Below are positions 12,538 through 25,639 of a stretch of DNA of 64,000 bases, piece by piece. The notes below the pieces were generated by a model, which was not told the DNA's origin, searched no databases, and saw only the letters and a program-made list of their open reading frames with translations. Position numbers and translations under genes: made by a program. Source of the stretch: Octopus sinensis (taxonomy: Eukaryota); contig NC_043007.1 in assembly GCF_006345805.1 (NCBI RefSeq), positions 26,040,001-26,104,000 on the forward strand. The letters are read 5' to 3'. Every line of letters begins with the position of its first letter. The first letter of the stretch is position 1.

Positions 12538-12706
12538 GAGGGCATAATTATACATACATGCCAGGAGGCATTATATATACGTGCCAAACGCTAAGAGGAC
12601 AATCAGTCATTTCTACCATTTTGGTAGAAATGACTGATTGTCCTCTTAGCGTTTGGCACGTATATAATGCCTCCTGGCATGTATGTATATTATGCCCTCT
12701 ATATAT
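12531..12706. mobile_element. Near-perfect ~87-bp-arm hairpin (foldback element) next to (TA)n
   Basis: Arm 12531-12618 is the reverse complement of 12622-12706, with a 3-nt loop. Confidence 0.85.
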
Positions 12707-12968
12707 AATTAATATGTTCATAAGAAATAATTATTTTCGAAATTTTTTTCTCTTATGAGGTTTTTACGCTATCTACCTGACAATTTCTGTTAATTTTCCT
12801 TATTAAGTAGTTGTCCTTAATTGCAAATATATATATATATTATATATAAATAAATTAGAATTTCTAATTTTTTATTTATGTATTATATTGTGTGAAATTT
12901 GATTTAGTATTTCTAAATTGAATTTTTTTCCCTGTTAGTTTGGATTTATATTCCCTCAAATAATAAGT

Positions 12969-13040
<72 letters not shown>

Positions 13041-14303
13041 TAATATATATATATACATATATATATACATACAACGGCGGTGCATCAGCATGGCTGCAGC
13101 TCTGAGCTGAAACAAGAAAAACGAAACACACATATATATACATATACACACACATATATATATATATATATAGTATCTGTTTGTATGTATAGTGTATGTT
13201 TTCAAATTGCATCTATTCATGAGGAACATTAACTGCGTCAATTTTACCTCTCTCAAGAGGATTTGCAGAAGCAGTGTACACAGCACCTTCCTCCAGACAC
13301 CCACCCAAAAGAAATACGGCTGTTGTTACTGACTATTTTTATTCCAATAGGCGTTTTTGCACTTATTATTATGCAGTAACAGGTTTGGCCTGCTTATAAA
13401 ACCTAGTTGCATGGCTGTCTGTCCTTCGGTGATTGTATTTGTTACTGCCATTGGTTTAAGTCTGCCCACACTGCACGAGACACTCATTTGGAGCAAATGT
13501 GGGTTTTGTAGTAAGTACTCTCTGTTTTATAATTGTTACACTCAACCATCAACTGTTTTGCTTTATTTATGCAGAAAACATTATTAGATCTGTAAACATA
13601 TGAAGTTCCTTAGTTTAATATATATACATATATATTTTAACTATTGCATTATTTGAATTCTTTGTACTACATACAGTGTAAGTAGAATCAATACAGAGTG
13701 TCATTAGATATAATGCAAACTGCATAGAAATATAAAATTCAGAAAACTTAGATACACAAACACACACACACATGCACAAAAAAAAAATTAATCTATGGAG
13801 AGTCACGTAATATGTAGACTGCTTGAAATAGTAACTACTTCCTCTTAAGATTTTTAAGCAGTAGTCAGTATTTTGAGGGCAGATTTTCCTTAATACTAAA
13901 TATCAAGTGTTTTTGAAGAGTAATGTTTTAATCAAAGCATGTAAACTCCATTCCACATAATGTTTTTACATCAGGCTGGTTAAGTAAGGGGTAGCAGTGT
14001 TGTCATTTAAGTTAGTGGTCATTCTTAATTTAGCCAATGTATGACTGACTCTAGCATCTCAAGCCAAAGTGAGAGCCTCTTCTTGGTTGCTGGACTTACT
14101 ACAGACGGTGGCCAAAACTCTCTCTTGGATCATGTTCTGCCATCTTAAAAATGGGAGGGATATATTGGATAATGTAACCCTAAGAAAAAAGAAAAGGAAA
14201 AGGGTGTTAATGTAGCTGGACTGCTTTGATCATAGGTCTACTCAATCAGGGCTGACCTGGAGCTAAACAACAGTAAAACCACCCATCTGGGGCTTGGACA
14301 CCT

Positions 14304-14755
14304 TTCACCCTTTTGATATCAACCCGGCTGAAACTGCCTCTGGCTCTAATACAAATGGTTTGTTTTCATAAGTTATGAATTAAAATCTTCCACTGAACCT
14401 TAGTCACAATTTATGTTCCTAAAACCAGCTTATTGATAACTAAGTTATTTTACTAAATTCTCTGTTATATTTAAAATTAATTGAAAGAAACACAGAACAT
14501 CTCAAAATAAATACTGTAATGAAAGAGTTAATCCTTTAGCATTCAGATTACTCTGAATATGTATTGCTTGTTCATTCACATTGTTTTAAATTAATCATTC
14601 ATTGTCTCATAACTTCAAGATATCAATGATCTGATTGTTTGTTTTTAGAATGACATTGTAGGGTAGATGTTAAAGGCCAGATTTGGCTGGTTTGAGCATA
14701 AAACAAGTAAAAATATTTGAGCCAGATATGGCCAGTTTAAATGCTAAAGATTTAA
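14304..14755 (+). mobile_element. Two adjacent TTAA-type (piggyBac-like) MITEs, families F and E, sharing one TTAA at 14528-14531
   Basis: Family F CCCTTTTGATA...GAAAGAG ttaa, followed directly by family E TCCTTTAGCATT...AATGCTAAAGA ttaa. Confidence 0.7.
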
Positions 14756-15419
14756 AAGCTTCCATTCTGTTAGAGATATTTCCTCTTTGAGGACAACTTG
14801 ATACCTTGTTTCATTGCTGTGTGAGACATTAAAAAGAAAAATATACACGTTCCATCGTTGACCATATTTCCTCACTTCAAACCTAATGTATCTCAGATTA
14901 TATTATCAGATGTGTCCTTCCCTTTTCAAGATAATTGGGTCTGGTTTCAAGAAATTTGGCTGCTATTTTTTAGTAGGCTGATTGACTTTGCATAGACTTC
15001 TTCCTAGGCTTATGATGTAATTTAATCTAGATAGCTGTTAATTAGCTTAACTATCTAAAGTTGAAGGTAAATTACCAGAAAAGCGTTTCTAAAATGGTCA
15101 ATTAGATATTGAAACTTTTTTTTCATTGTTTTTACTTTAAGCAGCAGAATTAAACACAAAATTAGTTCTTCAAGTCTATCAGATCACTGGATCAGGGGAA
15201 CAAACGTCATGTAGTAGCTTGAGGAATAGTCAGCTTTGTAGTGACTTTCCCTCTCCGAGCTGTTGTTTAACTCTAATACAACCATGAATGATCAGTTAGG
15301 TCTATGATCAACAGCATTCCAGCCATGACAACTTCATCTTATTTTTTTCTGATGTGGTGTATCCCAAACTGTTTTTTTTTCTTTTTTTAAATGTAGTTTG
15401 GTGTGATTTGACATTTATT

Positions 15420-15775
15420 TGTTTGGAAGTTTAGAAAGAAATGAAGCGAGTATGCTTTTACTGCACATATATGTTAATATGCATAAGCAACAGAGCGCAT
15501 GTATGCTGACAGGAAATCTAGGCATCTTAGGAATCCACTGTAGAACAAGTGTGAAGATGGTGATGGTATGGACATGTGATTCTGATAAAAAATTTAAAAA
15601 ATGTAAAATGTGTTAAGTGATACAGATTGAAGCAACCTTCTGAAGAGAAAGCTCAAAGCACTGAACTTCTGATGCTGAACCTAACAAAGCAGATGATGAA
15701 GAACTATGACATGTGACGAAATGCAGTGAGACCTGTCCAACCCATGTAAGCATGAAAAATGGCTATTAAATGATG
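15420..15775 (+). mobile_element. RTE-clade LINE 3' fragment
   Basis: LERNEASML...GNLGILGIHC...(W)YGHV; ends in TCCAACCCATGTAAGCATG...TTAAATGATGAT. Confidence 0.75.
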
Positions 15776-16574
15776 ATACACTTACATATATACACTTGTG
15801 TATGTGTGTGAGATATATTTATAAAATCACACAGGCAGCTTAATCATTGGTGATTGCTGTCTAATATGAGATTTCTGGGTTATTGGCTCTTTGATGTGAC
15901 AGTTTCTATATAATATCATCTACTGCAATATTTGACCTCTTCTCACAGAAACTACACATTGGAAACAATGCAAATTTACTTAAAATTTCTTTTGCTGTTG
16001 GTTTATTTTAACTAATTTTATTTGACTTAATATTTTAAAATTTAATTTTCTGATGAAACACATGACCTATAAATGTTTCTGCTAAATTTTTTGAAAAATA
16101 AAAATTTAGAGGGATTTAGTAAAAATAATTTTTTTTCTTATTAAACTGGTCTTAGGAAAGTAACTCGGAATATTTTTGCTGTCTATTATTAAATTATGAG
16201 GAAGGTTTTAATTTAAACATGAAACTTGAATTTTGTATCAAAACCAAAAGACAGGCCTAGACAGGTTGACAGCAATGTTGTGAATATTTTCTATCTTCAT
16301 ACATTATTAAAGCAAAATAACATAGAAGGAGGGAGGGAGGGAGAGAGCGAGAGAGAAGGAAATACTTTTGTCTTTTAATTTTCTATATTCAGGGATGTTG
16401 TTTTTGAAAATCAGGCATTAGCAAATCACAAAATAAAAATCATATTGTTATTTAGTCCAACAACGCATAGTAACAGTGAAAATAGATATTCAAAACAAAT
16501 AATGAGCAGTATTTAAAAAAAATTAATGCTTTTGTATTTAAATCAATGTTTCTGATTGTCATGATAACATATAT

Positions 16575-16948
16575 CTTCTACTTGTTTCAGTCATTGGACT
16601 GCAGCCATTCTGAAGCACTGCTTTGATGGGGTTTTAGTCAGACATATTTTATTCTTTAGAGTCTGATACTTAATCTATCAATTTCTTTTGCCGAAACAGA
16701 TTAGCTATGAGGACGTAAACAAACCAGCACCAGTTGTCAAGTTGTGATGGGGTGGGGGCAAACACAAACACACATACTTATATATGACAGGCTTCTACTC
16801 AGTTTCCATCTGCCCAATTCACTCACAAAGTATTGATTGGCTTGGGGCTGTAACAGAAGACATTTGCCCGTGGTTCCATGCACTGGGACTGAACCTGAAA
16901 CCATTTGGTTGCAAAACGAGCTTCTTAACTAACACAACTGTGCCAGCA
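16575..16948 (-). mobile_element. tRNA-headed SINE family A (diverged copy)
   Basis: Colinear with 36188-36610. Confidence 0.8.
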
Positions 16949-17092
16949 TAGAGTTAGCTTTATTAAGTTTGCAACATTTGGATCTACTACATTTTTGGTG
17001 CCCATAAATTGATTTAAATGCATTGATATTTGTTTTTAATGAAATCTTTAATATTAAATAAGTAATGCTTTCAAGATAGTTATTGTTGAAGT

Positions 17093-17124
<32 letters not shown>

Positions 17125-17689
17125 TTTTTAGTCTAATTCACCTGCAGCTTTTGTTATATGAAAACACTTGAACAAGACATGATTAGACATTATAACGAAG
17201 ATCATCCTGTCTTTTTTCAGATATTTGTATCTCGAACTAGGCTATCCAGTGTGCCCTTCATTTTTAAAAACAATATCTTGTCATTTGTTGGAGATTTTGC
17301 TGCTACATCTAGCAAGTTGAGTGACTATATAGAGGCTTCTCTATTTGATTCAGTTAGATATTTGTTTGAATTGGTGCTGGTATATTTATAGAGCAGTGAC
17401 ATTCCTGTTATCTTTTTGTTATTATATTTCTGTTGAAATACAATGTGAAGAATTTATTAAAATAATTTTGTTATTATGCAGGTGTTTGGAGCATGAATTA
17501 ATATGACATTTTGACGGAAAGTTTTAATGTAGACCACTTTAAAACAGTGAGTTTGTGTCATAGAACCAGAGGCAGTTTTTGGTGTGTTAGTATCAATAGA
17601 GTTAAATAAATTGCAATACATCTTTATAGTCATGTAGTTTAAAGATACCAAAATATCTTTACAGGAGTATCACATATTTTCTGCATATA

Positions 17690-17921
17690 TATTTCTTTAC
17701 TACCCACAAGGGGCTAAACACAGAGTGGACAAATAAGGACAGACAAACGGATTAAGTCGATTACATCGACCCCGGTGTGTAACTGGTACTTAATTTATCG
17801 ACCCCGAAAGGATGAAAGGCCAAGTTGACCTCAGCAGAATTTGAACTCGGAACGTAATGACAGACGAAATACGGCTATGCATTTCGCTCGACGTGCTAAT
17901 TGATTCTGCCAGCTTGCCGCC
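17690..17921 (-). mobile_element. SINE family B (tail type i)
   Basis: Reverse complement of 393-623. Confidence 0.9.
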
Positions 17922-17970
17922 TTAATATTGATTCTATACAAATGCCAAATGGCACATTTTAAATTCTCTA

Positions 17971-18140
17971 TTAACCCTTTTGATACTAACCCGTTCAAGA
18001 ATCTAAATTAAAACTTGTCTTCAAAATGCTATAATTTATGTTCCAAACACCAGTTTAAAAACTAAGTTATTTTCCCAAATTCTTCCTTGTCTTCAGAATT
18101 AATTGAAACAAAAGCAGAAATATGATATCAAAAGGGTTGA
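17971..18140 (+). mobile_element. TTAA-type MITE family F (internally deleted)
   Basis: ttaaCCCTTTTGATAC ... GATATCAAAAGGGttga. Confidence 0.75.
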
Positions 18141-18622
18141 CATTTAATTTTTCTTTTTTTTTCACTTAGAAATTTAATTTCACAAAAATTCTTAGAATGG
18201 ACTAAAGATTATTTAACCATTTATCTTTTACCTCCTTATGCGGAAGAAAGAAAATTATATAACTGAATATTAAGCAGTACCAAACAAAAACCAATTCCTG
18301 TAAAACAATTTTCTATTTTTGACTAAAACCATTTACTTTAGTCACTGAGAAAGCTGAGAAAGACATGAATATCACAAGATTGTATTTCATTTCATTACTG
18401 TTGTGTAATGCTATTTTGTCTTTTTTTTTTTTCTTTTTTAATAAGAAAGACTATCAAGTATTTGGTACTGGTATAGCTGTATGGTTAAGAACTTTATTTT
18501 GTAATCATGGTTTTAGCTTGAAACTATTTCATATCACTAGGAGCAAGCATCTTCTTTCATTGCTTTGAATTGACCTTGTTAGTTGAATTTGGTTTGATGA
18601 TGATGATGATGACGCCGACGAT

Positions 18623-18658
<36 letters not shown>

Positions 18659-18736
18659 GATCAGTAAAATAAATTGCAAAACCAGTGTTTTAGAAATGAA
18701 ATCCCTTTAGATATTTCTTTCATAGTGTTAGACCAT

Positions 18737-19054
18737 GGAGGCACAATGGCCCAGTGGTTAGGGAAGCGGACTCGCGGTCAGAGGATCGTGGTTTCGATTC
18801 CCAGACTGGGCGTTCTGTGTGTTTATTGAGCGAAAACACCTAAAGCTCCACGAAGCTCTGGCAGGGGGTGGTGGCAACCCCAGTTGTACTCTTTCGCCCC
18901 AACCATCTCTCACTCTCTCTTCATGTTTCCTGAGTAATGCTGTGATGGACTGGTATCCCGTCCAGCTGGGGGGGGGGGACCACATACGCCACAGAAACTG
19001 GGAAACTGGGCCCATGAGCCTGGCTAGGCTTGAAAAGAGTGATAAATAAAAAAA
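18737..19054 (+). mobile_element. tRNA-headed SINE family C, full length with poly(A) and TSD
   Basis: A box TGGCCCAGTGG, B box GTTTCGATTCC, A-tail; TSD atagtgttagac(c)at at 18722-18736 and 19055-19068. Confidence 0.9.
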
Positions 19055-19599
19055 ATAGTGTTAGACATGTCCTTGTCATTCTCAGTGTCAGAAATGCAAT
19101 GGGCAAATGATCAACTCGTTAGAAACCTTTTGTTCATGAATTGCAATGTCTGCAAAGATTATGAGTACAATCCCTGCTGATTGATTTACCCCCATTAAAA
19201 ATAAAAAATAAAAATCCCTCTACTATCTTTTTCAAAGTTTCCTGGCTTCTTGTTCAGTCACAAATATGTGTGTGTGTAAGAGTACAAAGGTTTATATTGA
19301 TTCCAGTATTCAACTGGTAATTTTTACATCAATAGATGAAACTTTGCCTTTCATATATTTCATCAAAGGATGAAAGTCAAAAGTGACAATAGCAGATTTG
19401 AAAGAGATATAACCAAGTATCTCAAGACAATTTATTCAGTGCTCTGCCTAATCTCTCTCTTCCCAAATTTGATTCCTATTACAACTGAAATTGCTGAATG
19501 GTGTTGACCTGCCAGATATTAAGTCTTGAGTTCAAATGTGATGCTGGAGTTGTTTTTTTTTTTGTTTTTGTTTTTGGATCAAAAACATCGTCCTATATT

Positions 19600-19854
19600 C
19601 TGTTGTGTCTTGGGAAAGTCATTTTCTTTTTGTGCCTTATGATTTAACACACTCACTGTAAAATTTCCACTTATTTCTTATTTTTATTTTCCTAAAATTT
19701 CCGTTGCGTTTTGCAACCTTTTCAATAGTCTTTACCGGTGAGTGTGTTAAATTATAAGGCATAAGAAGAAAATGACTCTCCCTAGACACAACAGAATATG
19801 CTTCAACACACGAACTCATAAAGAATCTTGCAAACCAAATCCAAAAACGAAATA
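19600..19854 (+). mobile_element. Foldback element family U, copy 2 (internal segment inverted relative to copy 1)
   Basis: Same arms and same 3' end (CCAAAAACGAAAT) as 5175-5437; 9-bp direct repeat tcctatatt at 19591-19599 and 19855-19863. Confidence 0.85.
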
Positions 19855-20160
19855 TCCTATATTGTCTAATTTTATCTAAGATTAGGTTTCAAAGCATCTC
19901 AAAATGCTGCTTGCAGTTGTCCTCAGTCATATCCAAAGTAGAGGTGGTTTATTTTGTGTTCACTTAATGCAGAAATTGCTATTTAGTTGTTTACCCTACT
20001 AAATGTGGCAGCTAACTCTTTCTTGAATCACATCTTGCCATCTTAAATGTAGAAAAAATACATTAAGTAATGAAGTTGTACATACTCCTACAAAGCAAAA
20101 TGATTTTACTCATAGATCTATTTGATCAGGGTTGATATGGGCCTGAACAGCATCATTAAT

Positions 20161-20394
20161 GCTGCGAACTGGCAGAAATGTTAGCAGGCTGGCGAAATGC
20201 TTAGCGGTATTTCATCTGCCGTTACGTTCTGAGTTCAAATTCCGCCGTGGTCAACTTTACCTTTCATCCTTTCAGAGTCGATAAATGAAGTACCAGTTAC
20301 GCACTGGGGTCGATGTAATTGACTTAATCCCTTTGTTTGTCCTTGTTTGTCCCCTCTATGTTTAGCCCCTTGTGGGCAATAAAGAAATAAAATA
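20161..20394 (+). mobile_element. SINE family B (tail type i) with 15-bp TSD
   Basis: TSD aacagcatcattaat at 20146-20160 and 20395-20409. Confidence 0.92.
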
Positions 20395-20692
20395 AACAGC
20401 ATCATTAATACTTAAGGCCCCTTTGCATTACTCAGGTGTAGTTATTTATATTGTGTGCGGATTCAAAACTAGTGCCCTAACATTTTGTGCTACTAGTCCT
20501 GATTGTAACACTTTAGTACTTGATAAGTAAATAAAAATTGTCGAAAGTTTAAATTAACCCTATTTGATACCACTTTATCTGAGACTCTGCTCAGAGTCTC
20601 AGACAAGGTGATTAAAAAACAACTAGTTTTGAGGGCTCATGTTGTAAGAGCCTCTGTATTGAGTTATTGAGTTAATCCTTTTGATTTCTTCG

Positions 20693-21084
20693 TTATACCT
20701 TTAGCATTTAATCCAGCCATATCCAGTCAAAATATTCTACCTGTTTTATGTTAAAACTGACCAGATCCAATATCTCACACCTACTCTACAATGTCATTCT
20801 AAAAATATGCAAACACATAATTGAAATAAATAAATAAGAATATATTTGACAAAGAAATCTGAATACTAAAGGGTTAAATGTTCATAAAAGGCCCAAAATA
20901 TTTATATATTTTATGTTCAAACTGACCAAATTTGGCCTCTTGCACTTACCACACAATGCCATTCTAAAATTACACTATCAAATCATTGAAATCTAGAGGC
21001 AGCGAGATAACGCTTAATTAATTCATGCCAATTTGAATTTATAAGCATTATGTATTCAGAGAATAATTTGAATGCCAAAGGGTT
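20693..21084 (-). mobile_element. Two tandem TTAA-type MITE family E copies
   Basis: Both end in AAT(A/G)C(T/C)AAAGGGTTA; reverse complement of 42538-42763. Confidence 0.75.
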
Positions 21085-22502
21085 ATATTGAAAATAAATT
21101 GACACACTTAAGTTGTGTATTGCATTCAAAATATGGTTACAAAAGAATTTAAAATGTAACTGTTTGCCTTCTAATATCTATCAAGTGTTATTGTTCTCTG
21201 CATCAGACACATAAGTGGGATGGTTCTCTTTTATATCTAAGTAGGAATCTAGATATAAAACAGAGAAGGCAATGAAGTACATTTAGATTTTCTATTTGGT
21301 GCTGGGGAAAAGGGTGGAGTTTATTTATTTGAGAGAGGGAGAAAAAAAGTGTGCAGCATGTAGGTATGTGCACATGCACATGTACACACATATACACACT
21401 TTTGCTTTATACCTGTTGTATGATGTAGTCATTTTGATAGTTTTTAGAATGTTCAATTAGACTGTAATAAGTATTAATATTTCATGCTATGAATTTCCTC
21501 TTTTTCTGGCACCATCTCAGCCTCATGTTACTCACTATGTATGTACTTATCTAAAGGCTGTCTATAATTGCTACCCGGATATATCATGCCTTCTCTAAAT
21601 TTCACACTCAGTCGGAGAATCACTGTGAACCAATGAGAGAGGTTTGACCTGCCGATGCACCAACTAACCAAATCTCTACTAACAGGCTCCATACCAGTCT
21701 TTGAAGTTTATATATCACATGTTTGTGTCTGGATACTTTAGATAGAATGCCCACAATAAAGGGAGGATTGTCATGGTTAGAATGCCAAATGCTAGAATTT
21801 CTGCAATTAGCTGCCATCATTCAATAAGGTATCTTAGAGAATATAGTTGACTGGAGGTCGAGTTACATACTCAATGACATAACGCAACAATTTATATTCC
21901 TTTAAAAAAATAATATTAACTTCAGTCTCTCCTCCTTCCATCATCCACATCATATGTATGTTCCTCTGTGTGTGTGTGTGTAGCTTCAAGTTCAGTCTTA
22001 TAATAACATGGCATCTTAGAAAAAGTGTCTGCACTGACCAACTCCTTTTAGAGCTTGTTACATGTATGTGTATAGGAGTGTGCTTGAATTTGAATATTTT
22101 GCTTGTTACCATTTGAGTGGTAATATCTAAATTCTATATTGACACAATGACTGGTCTCTCTGCACTTCTGAAGACCTATGGAATTTTAAAATTTCTAGTG
22201 AAAGTTGGCAATGTGAAGGTCATAAAATATTACCTTAAAAATCAATTCCTTTCCCAGCTATGCTAGCATGAAAATATTAATGTTAAACAACTGAGCGCTC
22301 AACACCCCATTTGTAGATAAATATGCTTTATTCATGGGGTAACCAGACTACCATTGATTTCATGTTGTGGGGAGATATTTCCCAACACAACAATTATTCA
22401 AATCTGTACTTTTGGTTGTTGGTGTTCATCTCCATCTTGGATAAAACCATATAAAACCATAATAGAACACAATAAAATTACATGAGGTTCTATGAAATCA
22501 TG

Positions 22503-22536
<34 letters not shown>

Positions 22537-23662
22537 TAATAAGGGTAGAAATTGATATTAATCAATTAAAACTATTGGCCTAGCATATTTAAATTTGGTA
22601 TATATATATATCTATGGAAAACGGACGCTAAACGATGATGATGATGATATATATATATATATATCATCATCATCATCATATATATATATACACATACACA
22701 TATCATCATTGCTTACGAAACATATAAAGTTGAAAGAATTTCCAATGTTTAAATTTTATCACTATATTTCTCTTGTTACACATTATATGTATATATATAT
22801 ATATATAGGGGAAGAATTCACAAAAAAACAAAAGACGACAGGTGGTGTAGACAACAAACAGATATATTAGTATAACGCTCGGGAAGTGAAAAAATATATA
22901 TATATATAAATAAATAATGTGTGTGTGTGTATGATGGCTGTCCACTTGTATTTGATGAAGACCCTCACCGGCCACTAGGAAAACTGTACTCAGACAAAAT
23001 TATACTTTACACCTTGCAACTCCACTAGTGACTAATGAGTCCAGCTCTTGATTGATATACATATCTGCAGATACTATTGATAAAACCTCCCCAATTCATT
23101 ACACTGGCAGAGCATTTTTGAGCAGCTTGCTTAAAATACAGCTTACCAAATGCATGTTGCTTCAAAAATTCCCGATCTTTCCTTTAATCATCTGCTCTAT
23201 TGGTAGCAATGACAAGCATTTCTTTCCCAGTTGACCTTCCATATCTCACATGCCTTCAGTGTTGACTTGCATATTTATTTTTGATACGCTCTGGCAGATT
23301 CAAGCGTGAATATGTTAATTGCTGTTGTTTTTCGTCACAAGAGAACAACTTCTCCTTTATGACGAATGTGTGTTCATAACACACTTGATTCATTTGTGTA
23401 AAGGAGAAGTTATTCTCCATTGATGAAACACAACAGTGATTAGCATATTTACATTTGAATCTGCTGGCATGTCTGGAGAATAAATATGCAAATCATCATT
23501 TTTATTATTACTCTTCACCATGCATATAATACACACACACACACACACACACACATCACTTTTTCCATGCTTACAGCAGGATGCCCTTCCTGACGTTAAC
23601 CCTTCTTTAATTAAAGGATCACGTATTCCACACAGCTTTGAGAATACAAAGTGCCTGGATGA

Positions 23663-23872
23663 TTAACCCTTTTGATACTAACCTGGCTGAAACCACCTCT
23701 GGCTCTGTAGATTTCAAAAGTTCTGAATTAATATCTTCCACCAAACATTAGTCACGATTTATGTTCCTAGCTTAATGATGACGAAGTTATTTTACTAAAT
23801 TCTTTGTTATGATAAAATTAATTGGAAGAAACACAGAGCATCTCAGCAGAAATATGGTAACAAAAGGGTTAA
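23663..23872 (+). mobile_element. TTAA-type MITE family F, complete
   Basis: ttaaCCCTTTTGATAC ... GTAACAAAAGGGttaa. Confidence 0.88.
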
Positions 23873-24199
23873 TTGGTAGGGGTAATTGACAACACTGACA
23901 ACTGCACTTTTATGCAAGCAATTGCAGATGTAAACAAACGGACATATGCATACTTCCACACACACACACACACACGTGTGTGTATATGTAACAGACATAC
24001 ACAGTTCTTTTTTCAATTTTTGTCTACTAAATCCACTCATGAGAGGGCTATTGTTCAAGACACTTCAATGTACAGTGTGATTGAACCGGAAACTTAGTGA
24101 TTGGGAAGTGAAATATTAACTACATAACCATGTATATGAAAGTGTGTGTACGAGCAGAAATATATGTATATATTTGCATATACATATAGATGTATGTGA

Positions 24200-24240
<41 letters not shown>

Positions 24241-25616
24241 CGTGCGTGAGTTATTATTGGAAACATTCTTTTAAAAGTTATTGATAGTCTTTCTTGAGCG
24301 CAAGTGAACAGCCATCATACATATGTAGACATGCCCTGTTTTGAATAATTCACCTTAACCTAAGAATTCTGTTATGCTTTTCCCATTGGTTTCCATATTG
24401 TAAATTTGAGATGCATTCCAAATATAAAAAAAAATAAAATAATAATAAAAAAATAAAAGGAATACTTGTATGAAAGTATTAATGTTTAACCATGCACTGT
24501 ATGTATATATAAAAATGTTTGAAGTGAAATGTATTAGGGTCCAAATAAGTCTATGGTAATACCATATAGTGTGGCGCATACCACAAATGATGTTGACTGC
24601 TATGTGATAGGCGGTGTTGCGATAAGAGTTACTGCGAGGAAGTGGGGTACTATCTGCTGCTATACAGATCATCAGTAGCAACGTCTGCTGCATGGGTGAA
24701 GCGCTTATCAAAAGTTGTTTAACGTTTACAATGCACCATCTTTGTGCAGCACAGTAGGAACCCCAATCTTGTAATTTTCATGCTATTTTTATGATTAGGG
24801 TCATTATCAACAAAGTTCTGTAGACCTTCTTTTTTCTCTCTCTCCCTCCCATATGAAAACCCATCATCATCTTTTTTGTTCCTTGTTCGTCAGTATAATC
24901 TCCATTCTGAAAAAGTGAACATTTTGTCTTTTTCATGATATAAAATATATATATGACTACATATGTATGTTTGCTCTTGTGTGTGTGTTTACACATTCAT
25001 ATTTTAAAATGTGAATATGGTTTACATTATGTATGTATATTGCAAATGTGTAACTCAAAATTTGAACTAAATCATTTTATTTTTTCAGTTATAATTAAAT
25101 GTTAAGTAGGTCTTAAATAAATTTTTTTGCAAAATACATTCAACAAAAGTTTTTTGAAATTATATTATTTTATAAGTAATATTTACCAGTTTTATCCTTG
25201 AAGGCTTGGTTTATGATAACTAGTGTCTTATTTAAACCAACATTATGCTGATAGCACTTACACAGTCAAGCACACATGTGCACACACATTTCTTTAATGC
25301 AATTACTTGGGTAATTGATACACTTAGCATGCACTGAATTGAGGATTCAGATGCTATTTGAGGAATCATATCAATAGTGACTGTGCATCTAAAATTTCAG
25401 TATTAAAACTGGCTTCCCCAAAACGGTTACTTTTGATTTTATATATAAGCCCACTTTTTCCTGCTGGCTTGGAATGGATGAGTTGTCACATTTTAAATCC
25501 ATTTTTATTTGTTTGGGGTTAATGCCCTGTAGACAAGTCGGAGGACCACTTACTGCTTGTACATTCTAAATTTGGCATAATTTCTGCAGTTGGATGCTCT
25601 CTTTTACATATTTCAG

Positions 25617-25637
25617 GAGTGTGAAGGAAGAAACAGA
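25617..25637 (+). CDS. Candidate 21-nt microexon (ECEGRNR), possibly cryptic and repeat-derived
   Basis: ctctcttttacatatttcag|GAGTGTGAAGGAAGAAACAGA|gtaagt; phase 0-0 fits between the two main exons. It sits in decayed repeat sequence. Confidence 0.3.
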
Positions 25638-25639
25638 GT

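Noticed and set aside
18737-18815. tRNA gene
   Set aside because: A and B boxes are present, but there is no complete cloverleaf or acceptor stem. It continues into a SINE body with A-tail and TSD. The same holds for the other SINE heads.
21600-21830. Exon ending at AAG|GTATCT
   Set aside because: All three frames from the candidate acceptor contain stops; more likely decayed repeat.
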